Source: Candidatus Doudnabacteria bacterium
GTDB taxonomy: Bacteria > Patescibacteriota > Doudnabacteria > UBA920 > 2-01-FULL-46-14
Assembly (NCBI GenBank): GCA_041497195.1
Contig: JBGQGB010000001.1
Location: 279,376 to 343,375, forward strand
Direction: 5' to 3'
DNA: 64,000 nt
Below are positions 1 to 10,087 of this stretch, in pieces (position 1 is the first letter of the stretch; the number at the start of each line of letters is the position of its first letter). The translations under genes and the position numbers were made by a program. Under the pieces are notes generated by a model. The model was not told the origin of the DNA. It did no database searches and saw only the letters and a list, made by a program, of their open reading frames with translations.

Positions 1-528
1 AAAGAATCCGCTCCAGACAAACCCCCTTTCCTCCTCCCAAGCCTTCACGAAAAATAGCAGACCAAGCAGAGCAAAAAAAATAAACACGCCTTCCAGCAGA
101 CCCAGTCGGCCGGTCCAAACAAAATAATTATTCAGAACCAGCGCCACTGCCGAAAAAAAAGCGATTCTCTCGTTGCCCAAACGCTTGCCGATAAAAAATA
201 CCACCAATATGCTGCCGAGTGCGGCCAAAGCCGAGGGTAGACGCGACACAACTGCCGAGACGCCCAAAACTTTGAAAAAAATATGTTGAATCAAAAAAAA
301 CAACGGCGGGTGATCATGAAACGAGAGAAAAGACCAAGCTGGTCTGTGCCCAAACCATTGCACCGGCGTAGTTTGAACGAGCGAGCCTAAATAATCAAAA
401 TAACCGACAGAACGGAACGCATAGTGCCCGTCATCGCTGAGCATATCGTGTCGGCCCAGGCGGAAAAAAATTAAAAACGCGGCCAGCACCACCAAACCAG
501 TCAAAACCTTGTTCCAGCTGAATTTCAT
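1..528 (-). CDS. Partial (N-terminal part; continues past window start) polytopic membrane glycosyltransferase, GT39/ArnT/PMT-like
   Basis: Minus-strand ORF starting ATG at 526-528 (ATGA overlap with upstream GT4 stop); translation MKFSWNKVLTGLVVLAAFLIFFRLGRHDMLSDDGHYAFRSV...IGKRLGNERIAFFSAVALVLNNYFVWTGR typical of ArnT/PMT-family N-termini; not in ORF track because it runs off the window. Confidence 0.5.
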   Translation of the reverse strand, partial: MKFSWNKVLTGLVVLAAFLIFFRLGRHDMLSDDGHYAFRSVGYFDYLGSLVQTTPVQWFGHRPAWSFLSFHDHPPLFFLIQHIFFKVLGVSAVVSRLPSALAALGSILVVFFIGKRLGNERIAFFSAVALVLNNYFVWTGRLGLLEGVFIFFALLGLLFFVKAWEEERGFVWSGFF

Positions 529-1664
529 ATAGTTTGGAAAATATGCTCCATCTGGGAGGCAATTTTGTCCCAATTATATTTCTGTTCGACCAACTCCCGA
601 CCCGCCCGAGCCAAATTTTCCCGAGAAGCGACGTTATGCAAAAGCCAATCTAATTTTTGCGCCAAATCGCGCGGGTCTTCGGGCTTACAAACCAGACCGG
701 TTACCCGGTCAGTCAAAAAATCAGGAATTCCGCCAACTTCGGTACCAACCACGGGCAAACCCGCTGCCATCGCTTCGAGAAAAGCACTACCCAAGCCTTC
801 CGAGCGGGAAGAACGGGCAAAAATAGTGGCCTGGTGCAAATACTCAGGGACTTTGTCCGGGGCAATTTCGCCAAAAAATTTTATTCGATTTTCCAGATGC
901 AAACCGTTTGCCAAAGCTCTCAAGGTCGACTCTTGCGGTCCCTTGCCCAAAATCCAAAGCTCAACGCGCTTGTCTTGCTGTTGCGCCAGAGCTTCTATCA
1001 AAATATCAACCCCGTTTTTCGGCACCAACCGCGAGACGGTAATAATTCTTACTGGATCACTTGTAATGGCCCTAGCATCACCTGGAGCGAATAATTTCAA
1101 ATCCACTCCATTTGGAACAATATGGACTGGCCCCGCCGCTCCTTCTTTCCTGGCCCAATCGGCCAGGAAAGTGCTGATTGCTTGCACAGCATCCGCGCGC
1201 CGAAACACGCCTTGCCACAGCCGTCTGAATCCGCGGACTTTACCGTGAATGTGTTCGATAGCATCCCCTTCTTGCAAAGTCAACAAAAATTTCAGGCGCG
1301 GGTAGCGCGCTAAAAATAAAGACGCGCCAGCCGCCCCGTAAGCGGCCATGATCGCCCAAACTAATTGAAACGGCTTTTGCTGATGGAGTTTTTTGGCCAA
1401 GCGTGCTGCGAAAAATGGATAAAGATACCGCCCCACGCGACCTCCAAACCCGACTCGATAGACCATCACGTTCCCAATCTGCTCGCGGGCTTTGTGACTG
1501 CGGTCAAAACGACAAGTAATAAGATGAAACTCATAAGACGGCAAACGGTCAGTGATATTCCTGACCGCCAGTTCCGCCCCGCCCACCAAGGGTTCGTAGG
1601 CCACGCTAAAAATTACGGCGCGCAATTTTACCCCGTCGGCAATTTTTGTCGCAGGAAATGCCAT
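525..1664 (-). CDS. Glycosyltransferase family 4 (group 1 GT)
   Basis: 379 aa; C-terminal EX7E-type motif region ...SRSEGLGSAFLEAMAAGLPVVGTEVGGIPDF... Confidence 0.8.
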   Translation of the reverse strand: MAFPATKIADGVKLRAVIFSVAYEPLVGGAELAVRNITDRLPSYEFHLITCRFDRSHKAREQIGNVMVYRVGFGGRVGRYLYPFFAARLAKKLHQQKPFQLVWAIMAAYGAAGASLFLARYPRLKFLLTLQEGDAIEHIHGKVRGFRRLWQGVFRRADAVQAISTFLADWARKEGAAGPVHIVPNGVDLKLFAPGDARAITSDPVRIITVSRLVPKNGVDILIEALAQQQDKRVELWILGKGPQESTLRALANGLHLENRIKFFGEIAPDKVPEYLHQATIFARSSRSEGLGSAFLEAMAAGLPVVGTEVGGIPDFLTDRVTGLVCKPEDPRDLAQKLDWLLHNVASRENLARAGRELVEQKYNWDKIASQMEHIFQTI

Positions 1665-1710
1665 AACTGTTTATAATCAATTTCAAATGAAAGTACAGCT
1701 TTTACAAGGT

Positions 1711-2619
1711 TCATAAATCGTAGGCCTTTTTCAATTCAGCAACGGCCTGGAGGAGGTCCATCTTTGGCTGCCAACCCAGTAGCTGGCGAGCTTTTGTATT
1801 ATCCGCCAGCGTGACTGGGTATTCTCCGAGCCGCTCCTGGATATGAACAACTGGCCCACCGATGAAATGGGCAATTTCATTAATGCTATAGTTGTGGCCG
1901 GAACCGATGTTGATGACTTCTCCGCCGGAAATTTCTTTTTGCCAGGCTAAGACATTCGCTTCAACCACGTCATGGACGTGGGTAAAATCTCGTCTTTGCT
2001 CTCCGTCCCCCACTATCGTCATCGGCTGCTCTTGCTGTCGCTGCTCCAAAAAAATTCCGACTACGGCAGCGTAAGCACCTTCCGTTATCTGCCGTGGCCC
2101 ATAAACATTAAAGTAACGCAGCACGACAGTCGGCAAACCATAAAGCTGGCTGAACAGCTGACAATACATCTCACCGACCAGTTTCTGCAAAGCGTAGGGG
2201 CTGCCGGGATGATTTGATAAATGTTCTTTCAAAGGATAAGCTTTCGGATCTTGTTCGCCATAAGCTGAGGAGGAGGCCGAATAAATCACCTTCTTCACTC
2301 CGGCTTTATGCGCCGCCCACAAAACATTGAGCGTTCCGGTGATGTTGACCTTATGAGTCCTCAAGGGATCGACAATGGAAGGTTGAATCCGGGCGAGTGC
2401 CGCGCAGTGAAATACTGCCTCCACTCCGGTGAAATGGTGCGCGATTGTCTCGAAATCAGAGATATCGGCTTGGATAAACACAGCTTTGGGATTAAGATTT
2501 TCTCGTTTTCCGGTCGAGAGGTCGTCCAAAATTAAAACTTCATTGCCGTCTTGAATGAAGCGGTCAACGATGTTAGACCCGATAAACCCCGCTCCTCCTG
2601 TTACTAAGACTTTGCTCAT
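1711..2619 (-). CDS. NAD-dependent nucleotide-sugar epimerase/dehydratase (GalE-like SDR)
   Basis: 302 aa; N-terminal VLVTGGAGFIGSNIVDR Rossmann motif, YxxxK region (SSSAYG...); 4-nt overlap with upstream gene. Confidence 0.8.
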   Translation of the reverse strand: MSKVLVTGGAGFIGSNIVDRFIQDGNEVLILDDLSTGKRENLNPKAVFIQADISDFETIAHHFTGVEAVFHCAALARIQPSIVDPLRTHKVNITGTLNVLWAAHKAGVKKVIYSASSSAYGEQDPKAYPLKEHLSNHPGSPYALQKLVGEMYCQLFSQLYGLPTVVLRYFNVYGPRQITEGAYAAVVGIFLEQRQQEQPMTIVGDGEQRRDFTHVHDVVEANVLAWQKEISGGEVINIGSGHNYSINEIAHFIGGPVVHIQERLGEYPVTLADNTKARQLLGWQPKMDLLQAVAELKKAYDL

Positions 2620-3419
2620 ATATCTTTTTTTAATAATCCTTGAGAACGCAATTTTTCGTTGAGGGAAATAATCGTCTCAATGAATTTAGCCGGGCTTCCT
2701 TTTTGCTGAGCATACCAAGCAAAAGTTTTGACGTCTTTGGGCAAACACTTTCCGCCGTAACCGCGGTAACCGCCGTGAAGCACGTCAAAGTGTGAATCAA
2801 CTATGCGCGGATCATGGGTCAGGCCTTCTTTTACTTGATCATAATTTGCCCCGATTTTTTGAGCGTAGTCATAAATTGTGTTAGCGAAAATAACTTTGAA
2901 AGCATAGTAACTATTGATTGTGTACTTCACCATTTCCGCAGCCTTTGCTGGAAGAATTTTTTCATAGGGCACCCTTGGTAACATTTGGAGGACCTCATCG
3001 GCGAGTCCCTGGGTCTTACCAGTAAAACCAACCAGTTGTTTGTCAGGATGGGCAAAATCTTCAACCGCTGTCTTTTCCGTGAGAAACTCGGGGCTGAAAA
3101 TTAAATTTAAATCCGGATACATTTCTTGGTACCTGTCTGTCGTGCCCGGAACCACGGTCGATTTAATTATAACGGTATGGTTTTGCGGATCGGAAATGGT
3201 TTTGCTCAAAATCGCCATGGCATCATCCATTTCTTTGAGGTCCGGGCCGTCATGGTATGGCGTGGGGACAGCCACAAAAATAAATTTTGCGCGCATCACT
3301 TCCTCTATCGGGTCAACTGGCTTGTATTTATCATAAATTTTTACCTGACTATAGTGCGCGGCCACGGCCTTGCCCACTGCCCCACCTCCGATCACGCCGA
3401 CGTCAAATTTATTGGTCAT
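2616..3419 (-). CDS. Short-form UDP-glucose/GDP-mannose dehydrogenase-family protein (paralog 1)
   Basis: 267 aa; GVIGGGAVGKAV NAD-binding, STVVPGTT, SPEFL, catalytic GGKCLPKD motif; lacks the usual C-terminal UDP-binding domain. Confidence 0.65.
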   Translation of the reverse strand: MTNKFDVGVIGGGAVGKAVAAHYSQVKIYDKYKPVDPIEEVMRAKFIFVAVPTPYHDGPDLKEMDDAMAILSKTISDPQNHTVIIKSTVVPGTTDRYQEMYPDLNLIFSPEFLTEKTAVEDFAHPDKQLVGFTGKTQGLADEVLQMLPRVPYEKILPAKAAEMVKYTINSYYAFKVIFANTIYDYAQKIGANYDQVKEGLTHDPRIVDSHFDVLHGGYRGYGGKCLPKDVKTFAWYAQQKGSPAKFIETIISLNEKLRSQGLLKKDI

Positions 3420-4236
3420 ATTTTCCTCCGTTCAGCTGCAGATTGGCGGCGCGTCCAGACTCAAATAAAGACATATCGACACCCAGTTTGTTTCCTTCAA
3501 AAATCAGGGAATTTATATCTTTGGGGAAACATTTGCCGCCATAGCCACGGTATTTCTCCGCCACAGTACTTTGGAGGCTTGATTCGGTATGAAAAATCTC
3601 CCAGTGGGTTTTACCGACGCGTTTATCGGATTTGACCGCTTCCTTGACCAATTCATAATCAACACCCGCCGCTTCGCACATATCATAGATCTCATTGGCG
3701 AAAATCACTTGCAAAGCCAAAAAAGTATTCCCCGCGTATTTGATAAGCTCCGCGTCCTGCGATGGTACGATTTTTTGATAAGGAGCCGGGGGCAAAATGC
3801 TCATCAACTCTTCGACCAAGGGATTATTTTTGGTTTTGCTCGTGCAACCCATAATTTGCCGATCGTTTTTAATAAAATCCTCATTCGCGGTTTTATCACG
3901 CAAAAATTCCGGACTGAAAACAAAATTGGCGTGTGGATATCGGTCCTGGTAAGCTTGGGTGCTTCCGGGCAAAACGGTCGATTTTATTACAATTAGCTGG
4001 TTTTCGGCCTTGGTCAGGTGCGAAACTACATTAGCCACCGCATCATCGACCATAGACAAATCAAGTCTGTCGGTAAATGGGGTCGGCACGGTGACAAAAA
4101 TAAACCTGGCAGCACCGGCTTCTTCAATGGTGTCGAATTTTTTGAATTTATCGTAGACTTTGGCGCTGCGGAAAAAATTTTTGACTGCTCCGCCCACCAC
4201 CCCGCCGCCGATAATTCCGATTGTAATTTCTCTCAT
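3409..4236 (-). CDS. Short-form UDP-glucose/GDP-mannose dehydrogenase-family protein (paralog 2)
   Basis: 275 aa; IGIIGGGVVGGAV, STVLPGST, SPEFL, GGKCFPKD; tandem paralog of 2616-3419. Confidence 0.65.
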   Translation of the reverse strand: MREITIGIIGGGVVGGAVKNFFRSAKVYDKFKKFDTIEEAGAARFIFVTVPTPFTDRLDLSMVDDAVANVVSHLTKAENQLIVIKSTVLPGSTQAYQDRYPHANFVFSPEFLRDKTANEDFIKNDRQIMGCTSKTKNNPLVEELMSILPPAPYQKIVPSQDAELIKYAGNTFLALQVIFANEIYDMCEAAGVDYELVKEAVKSDKRVGKTHWEIFHTESSLQSTVAEKYRGYGGKCFPKDINSLIFEGNKLGVDMSLFESGRAANLQLNGGKYDQ

Positions 4237-4289
4237 ATGCTATACTTCATTATGCAGAAAAATCACTGTTTCGTCAACCGTTACCATAA

Positions 4290-5384
4290 ATGAAAATTCT
4301 CTACATAGTAACCCAAGGAGAGATGGGCGGCGCGCAACGCTATGTTTTTGATTTGGCCGCAAATTTAAATAAAAAGGGTATGGAAACGATCGTTGCGTCA
4401 GGCACAGAAAAAACCGAACTGCAAAAACTCCTGACTCTAGCACAAATTCCGGTCCAGACTGTTTCCCACTTGCGCCGCAACATCCATCCCCTTGCGGACC
4501 TCAAGGCGATCCGGGAACTGGCAGGCTTGTATGACAGACTCCGCCCCGACATCGTGCACCTCAACAGCAGCAAGGCCGGAGTTTTGGGGAGCCTGGCGGC
4601 CTGTCTGGCTGGATATCAGAACGTAATTTTTACTGCCCACGGCTTTGCGTTTCTGGAACCGGGCGGGTGGTTAAAAAAACGCTTTTATTTTTGGGCGGAA
4701 AAATTGGCCACCAAATTTCGGGCCCGCATCATCACTGTCTCCGAGTGGGATCGAAACGCCGCTGTCCACGCCAATCTATGCGCCACGGAAAAAATCATTA
4801 CCATTCACAACGGCCTGCGCAGTCCGACTTTTTTGGACCGTGGTGCGGCCAGAAAAAAACTCGGGGCGTTGGCGGGAGAAACCTTTGCCGATTCGGATTT
4901 AATCTTAGGCTCAATTGCTCACGACTACCCGACCAAGGATTTGCCAACCTTGAAGCAAGCCTTCTTGATACTCAACAAAGGTTTCCCCAGACTCAAACTG
5001 GTTATTATCGGCCGCGGCTCACGCATTGGCCCGATCCCGGAAGCATCCCGACTACTGGCAGGTTTTGATGTCTTCGCCTTATCCTCAGCCAAGGAGGGTT
5101 TCCCCTACACTATACTGGAAGCCATGGCCGCTGGCTTGCCGATCGCAGCCACAGCCGTCGGCGGGATTCCCGAAGCGATCACGTCGGGTCGGGAGGGCTT
5201 ACTCGTACCGCCCCACAATCCCCAAGCTCTGGCTCAGGCCATCAAAAAAATTATCGCAGACCCTCAGCTTGCAAAAACTCTCGGAACCAATGCCCGAGAG
5301 CGAGTAAAAAAGTTCGGCGAGGAAAAAATGCTTGCTCAAACAACTGCCTTGTACCAGGAGCTCATTTCCCGCCCTGCTGCTTGA
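4290..5384 (+). CDS. Glycosyltransferase family 4
   Basis: 364 aa; SSAKEGFPYTILEAMAAGLPIAATAVGGIPE motif region. Confidence 0.8.
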   Translation: MKILYIVTQGEMGGAQRYVFDLAANLNKKGMETIVASGTEKTELQKLLTLAQIPVQTVSHLRRNIHPLADLKAIRELAGLYDRLRPDIVHLNSSKAGVLGSLAACLAGYQNVIFTAHGFAFLEPGGWLKKRFYFWAEKLATKFRARIITVSEWDRNAAVHANLCATEKIITIHNGLRSPTFLDRGAARKKLGALAGETFADSDLILGSIAHDYPTKDLPTLKQAFLILNKGFPRLKLVIIGRGSRIGPIPEASRLLAGFDVFALSSAKEGFPYTILEAMAAGLPIAATAVGGIPEAITSGREGLLVPPHNPQALAQAIKKIIADPQLAKTLGTNARERVKKFGEEKMLAQTTALYQELISRPAA

Positions 5385-6066
5385 GCCGATTGAGTTCTTG
5401 CTGGATGCTGGCATTGTTGGGGGTGATGCTCAAAACTTTTTGAAAGGCGGTGATGGCCTGCTGCGTCTTGCCGGCCTCAGCATAAAAACTACCTAAAAGC
5501 GCGTAGAGATCGGCTGATTGCGGATTATTTTTTATCGAATCCAGCAGCAACCCTTCAGCTTTGTCGTCTGCTTTGAGATCCTGGTGGTAGAGATCGAACA
5601 AATTACGGATGGTCGGAATATCTTTGGGGTCGTTCGCCACGGAAATCAAATAATTCTGTTCGGCCTTGTCGAACTCATGCAAATCAAACTGATACAAAGC
5701 TCCCAAATTGGAAAAGGACAATGAATTTTTAGGCCGAATGATATTGGCATAAAGCCAGGCGGTTTCCGCTCCCTGTAAATCACCCAGGTGCTGCTTGGCG
5801 AGGGCGACCTGATTGAGTCCATCCAGGGTATCGTAGTTGGACTGAATGACCACATTCTTGCCGGTTTTAAACTGTTCGAGAAACACGGTTTTCTGCGCGT
5901 CAGTCAATTGCGGCGCATTGACTTTGGGGTCAGCAACAATGCTTTGCTTCATGGCATCCACATCCGGCAGGGCGGATTGTGGGGCTTTACGGAATTCCCG
6001 ATACAAAAAAAACCCAGTCCCAGCCACTAGGACGACCGCCAGCAAGATTTTAATCATTTTAGACAT
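5362..6066 (-). CDS. TPR-repeat protein with N-terminal membrane anchor
   Basis: 234 aa; N-terminal hydrophobic segment ILLAVVLVAGTGFFLY then repeated TPR-like A/Y/L patterning (AWLYANII..., LGALYQF..., LLGSFYAEAG...). Confidence 0.55.
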   Translation of the reverse strand: MSKMIKILLAVVLVAGTGFFLYREFRKAPQSALPDVDAMKQSIVADPKVNAPQLTDAQKTVFLEQFKTGKNVVIQSNYDTLDGLNQVALAKQHLGDLQGAETAWLYANIIRPKNSLSFSNLGALYQFDLHEFDKAEQNYLISVANDPKDIPTIRNLFDLYHQDLKADDKAEGLLLDSIKNNPQSADLYALLGSFYAEAGKTQQAITAFQKVLSITPNNASIQQELNRLKQQGGK

Positions 6067-6095
6067 AGACTCAATTTAGCAAATTTGGCCCAAAC

Positions 6096-6130
6096 AAACA
6101 ACCCCCGCTTTTTATTAGCGGGGGTTGTTT
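6096..6130 (-). terminator. Rho-independent terminator downstream of the large surface-protein gene
   Basis: Perfect 13-bp stem aaacaacccccgc/gcgggggttgttt with T-rich flanks on both strands. Confidence 0.6.
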
Positions 6131-6193
6131 GGTCTTCTACTCTGGCAAGATTTCTTAGGAAATCATATCAGAGCAAGGACTGAAGACTTACTA

Positions 6194-9100
6194 CTATCTG
6201 GACACCGTCACAGATGCAGAAGTCGGGTTCATGCCGCTGACGCGGAAACCATTGAACCACTCTTGAGTGTCGGTAGCAGTTGAAGAACTGTTACCGTAAG
6301 CAAGATCAGACCAGATGAAGTTGTTGGTGGTTGCGCTCTGACCGGAGATACCTGTTGAGGTATTGTTTCCGGTAGTCGCTCCACCAGCAGCATTAGGATA
6401 GACTGCAGTGAATGCGCTGTCGCCAAGCTGGACCGTGGATACGCTGGATCCGCTGACCGAGCCGGAAACGGTTGCTTGCAACTGGTAGGTATTGGACGTA
6501 CCAGCTGGGACGAATCGGAACTGACCGCCGTTAGTGGTGGTCTGAGCCGATGTCGAGAAGAGCAATTTCACATTCGCTACGCTATCTGAGGCCATTGTCG
6601 TGAAGGCGCGCGCGCCATCAGTCGTCAGGTCGACCTGGTTAGAGGTCCCTGGGTTCTCATAGAACTTGTACGAACCGATAGTCAACGTGCCGCTTGGCGT
6701 CGAGGTTGTCACCTGGAAGCTGGCTTTGTAGAAGCCGAGGTCACCCTTCGGATCAGCAGTAACCTTGAACTGATACAGAGTCAAGCCGCTTTGGTTAGCC
6801 AAAGTCGTGCTCGACAAGGAGACTACGCTCCAAGTCGGGACGCTCTTGAAGTCCTGGAACTGTTGACCGGTGAAGGTCCCGGACTTGTTCGCAGCTGACA
6901 ATAAGCTACCTGACGATACGCCCTTGGCGTTGTAATCGTCCTCGGCGACCGTGAAGATAATACCTTGGCCTGAGACCGCGACATTACCGTCGCCGTTGTT
7001 GTTGGTCACCAGGTTGGTATCCACCTTGATACCCAGTTTCTTGCTGCCGCCTTTCGGAATCACGAACTTGCCTTGCAAGCCCTGGAAAGTCACAGCAGTG
7101 GTACTGGTCGGGACAACGGAGGCGATCTGCGTCGAGCCGTCGAACAGGTAGACTGTGGCCACTTGCGTGGTCAGAGTGCCGCCGGTCGAGGCTGTATTAA
7201 CTACGAAGTTAATGTTTTGCAGATCGAGGTCTTCGTTGTTCGACGTAATCAAGAGGTCACCGACATCGACTTTGCTCTGACCACCGGAGAGGAGCTGGCC
7301 TTGAGACGGACTCGAGGCGTCAGCTGCCACCGTCATGGTTCCAGAGGCGACAATCGTCATGACCGCACCGTCGTTGTTGGTCACGCCGGCAGTAACTGAA
7401 GATGCTGTAACAGCACCTGTTGCCACCACTGCGGCGGAACCGTTCAAACCAAACGAGATGGTCTGAGGGTTGGAGCCAGTGACAAAATCACCCTTGAGGG
7501 TCAAAGTCACTTGGGAATTCTTGGCGACTATCACCGGATTCGTCAACGAGATGGTTGACGTAGCCGTTGTCGCGGCAGCGGCGACTGGCTGGACAATCGG
7601 CAACAATTGCGTGCTGCCATTGTACAGAGTCAAGTTTGCCACGTTGGTTTGAATGCTATTGGCCGAGGTTTTGATAACCACGTTGAATTGGGTCACGCGT
7701 ACATCTTCACCCGAGTTAGCCGCATCCAAGATAAAGTTCGCCAAAGTGAATCCGCTCGCACCGACAATCACGGATTGGGCTCCAGGAGTCGCTGAGGTCG
7801 AAACCTTCAACGCAGCAGCCTGGACACTTGCTGTATCCAAACTCACGTCAGAGGTTGGACCAGCAGTGATGCTTTGGTTGGTGACCGTACCCTTTGATGT
7901 CGCCAACGAGCTGGGAGTGCTCAACCGCATCTGGATGGTTGAGGCAGAAGTCACCGAGCTGTTGAGGTTGGCGTTGATCGTGTAGGTATTGGTCCCGACC
8001 GGGAAGATGATCGTGTCAGTGTCAGTCGCGGTATTGGTTGTCGTACTCGCGCTGACCGGACCGCCGATTACATATCCCGCAGGATCAACAATCGTGAAAT
8101 TGGTGATATTGGTCGCGTTCGCACCAGTACCAGAGAAGGTCGCTCCCAAAATCAATTGGGTGACCTGGACCGGTTCCCCTTGGACCGTGGTCTTGAAAGC
8201 ACCGATCGGCTGGTTGTTGACACCAGAGGCGATGTTCAAGTTAGCCAAGACACCTTTCGAGAAGGTGATTGATCCCTTGGAGATGGTCGTGATGTTGCTG
8301 GCATTGGAGAAGAACGGACTGGTCGTGTTCGGATAGGTCGGCAAGATATAGAAGTTGTAAGTCATATCCTGCACCACGATATCCGCCTGCTTATCAACAT
8401 CCAACTCGATATTCCGGCCAGAGCCAGAAACGATATCAAGCGAGAGGTTGAAGTCTTTGTTCGAACCGCGCGCAATCAGAATTGGGGAAGAAAGATTAAA
8501 CACTGCTTCCTTGTTCGTGAGCTGCGAAGCCGTAGCGACGACATTGCCATCGACATAGAGCTTGAGGTTCGCGACATCATTGTCAGCCGAAGTGCCGTTG
8601 TTGTAGAAACGGATGTGGCTGACCTGGACATCATCGGTGCCGCTATTGTTAGTCATCTTGAATGAGGTGACGACATAAGCGGAGGTGCCGACGTTTTGCG
8701 TGGTGGCAGACGGATTTTGGCCGCCTGAGGCCACGGTCACAGTCGCGATTGCCACGTTGCTGTTCATCGTCATGGTGTTGCCCATGATCGGGAACGAAGC
8801 GGACAGGGTCGCGCTGCCAGAGAGGGTCATACCGACGACAGCCAATTGAACCTGATCAGAAGCGTTCAAGGCGGTCGCCATATTGCCAGCCAACATGATG
8901 CTCTTGGTCGTCCCACTAAAGACCGTAATCGCATCATTGAAGGCAGCTTGGTGATTGGTGTTGAGAGATTTCTCATTGCCAATCTGATTGGCCATCCCGA
9001 CTGATGTGTTGGCCGAAACATCCAGCAAGATAACACTGCTGAAGTTGGCGTCAGTCGAAATGCCCATTCTCTGAAGGAGCAACTGACTAACCACGACGTT

Positions 9101-10087
9101 GCCACCGCTAGCAGTCAGGTTCACTTTCGTGAACGGAACGCGAGCCGCGTTCTTGACTACGGTCGCAGCGGCCGGGGTGTCAGAAGCTAGAGACACCGAC
9201 AAGTTTCCGGTCGAGCTGGTGCTCGGGGTCGGAGTTGGAGTCGGCGTTGGGGTCGTGCTGCTTGAGCAAAGATTTGCTACAGCAGTCAGACCCGAGGTGC
9301 TGCCGGATACTGGCATGGAGAAATTAAATCCAAAACCAGTGAAACAGCTAGCAGACGGGAAACCGGCTTTGGTCGTGGCAGTGACATCATAAATGGTGCC
9401 GCTGTCATTAACCAAAGTGCCGGTGCGATAAGTGGCATTGCCTTCGTTGGCAAGGGCCAAATCCGCAGCGTTCGCCGGAACGACGTCAGCAAAGGTCGCG
9501 CCCCAAGACCATAAAACGCCCGGGGAGGGAACACCCATGCGGCCAGTGGCATCGATGTACCACACGGTTCCGCCAGAAACTACGAAAGTTCCTGCCAAGT
9601 GCGCGCTAGAGGTGTCGCCAATGACGCCACCTGCTGGTACGCTGGATAGATTTCCAGAAACGACATTGGCAAAGCTGAAGCCGTTGCCAGTGAAATTAGA
9701 GGCTGAGGTAAAGCCGTGCTTCATTCCGCCAGAAACTTGGTAGACAGTGCCGCCATCATTGAACAGCACGCCGTCGCCCCAGGACTGAAGTCCCTGATCG
9801 GGCAAAGCCAAGTCCGCGGCGTTGGCTGGCACGATATTGGACCAGCTGAATCTGTTGGATTCAAACTTTTCCATTGAATCAATGCCGTTGCGTCCGCTCG
9901 CACTATCATTAATGCGCCAGACGGTTCCGCCAGAAAGCACCAATGTCCCCGCCGGATGAGCTGAGTCAGCGGCTACTGGTAGAACCAGAAACGCGCCGGC
10001 AGCCCACATCACGGTGGAGATTGCTAAACCCGCAGCAAAGACCTTTTTTGCAAAAGATCTATTAGGTTTTTGCATTTTGTGCTCCAT
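6194..10087 (-). CDS. Large secreted/cell-surface protein (S-layer or adhesin-like), Thr/Ser-rich, with (TP)n linker
   Basis: 1297 aa; signal-peptide-like N-terminus; N-terminal alternating ~55-aa repeats (GTLV.SGGTVW...VVPANAADLAL x2; GTLVNDSGTIYDV...GF.FS x2); TPTPTPTPTPS linker; >900 aa of T/S/N/V-rich beta-type sequence; 400-nt AT-rich upstream region. Confidence 0.6.
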   Translation of the reverse strand: MEHKMQKPNRSFAKKVFAAGLAISTVMWAAGAFLVLPVAADSAHPAGTLVLSGGTVWRINDSASGRNGIDSMEKFESNRFSWSNIVPANAADLALPDQGLQSWGDGVLFNDGGTVYQVSGGMKHGFTSASNFTGNGFSFANVVSGNLSSVPAGGVIGDTSSAHLAGTFVVSGGTVWYIDATGRMGVPSPGVLWSWGATFADVVPANAADLALANEGNATYRTGTLVNDSGTIYDVTATTKAGFPSASCFTGFGFNFSMPVSGSTSGLTAVANLCSSSTTPTPTPTPTPSTSSTGNLSVSLASDTPAAATVVKNAARVPFTKVNLTASGGNVVVSQLLLQRMGISTDANFSSVILLDVSANTSVGMANQIGNEKSLNTNHQAAFNDAITVFSGTTKSIMLAGNMATALNASDQVQLAVVGMTLSGSATLSASFPIMGNTMTMNSNVAIATVTVASGGQNPSATTQNVGTSAYVVTSFKMTNNSGTDDVQVSHIRFYNNGTSADNDVANLKLYVDGNVVATASQLTNKEAVFNLSSPILIARGSNKDFNLSLDIVSGSGRNIELDVDKQADIVVQDMTYNFYILPTYPNTTSPFFSNASNITTISKGSITFSKGVLANLNIASGVNNQPIGAFKTTVQGEPVQVTQLILGATFSGTGANATNITNFTIVDPAGYVIGGPVSASTTTNTATDTDTIIFPVGTNTYTINANLNSSVTSASTIQMRLSTPSSLATSKGTVTNQSITAGPTSDVSLDTASVQAAALKVSTSATPGAQSVIVGASGFTLANFILDAANSGEDVRVTQFNVVIKTSANSIQTNVANLTLYNGSTQLLPIVQPVAAAATTATSTISLTNPVIVAKNSQVTLTLKGDFVTGSNPQTISFGLNGSAAVVATGAVTASSVTAGVTNNDGAVMTIVASGTMTVAADASSPSQGQLLSGGQSKVDVGDLLITSNNEDLDLQNINFVVNTASTGGTLTTQVATVYLFDGSTQIASVVPTSTTAVTFQGLQGKFVIPKGGSKKLGIKVDTNLVTNNNGDGNVAVSGQGIIFTVAEDDYNAKGVSSGSLLSAANKSGTFTGQQFQDFKSVPTWSVVSLSSTTLANQSGLTLYQFKVTADPKGDLGFYKASFQVTTSTPSGTLTIGSYKFYENPGTSNQVDLTTDGARAFTTMASDSVANVKLLFSTSAQTTTNGGQFRFVPAGTSNTYQLQATVSGSVSGSSVSTVQLGDSAFTAVYPNAAGGATTGNNTSTGISGQSATTNNFIWSDLAYGNSSSTATDTQEWFNGFRVSGMNPTSASVTVSR

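Noticed and set aside
565-1676. Several 60-230-aa plus-strand ORFs
   Set aside because: Antisense to the GT4 gene; no start-site context.
6951-9743. Numerous 60-115-aa plus-strand ORFs
   Set aside because: All inside and antisense to the 1297-aa surface-protein gene.
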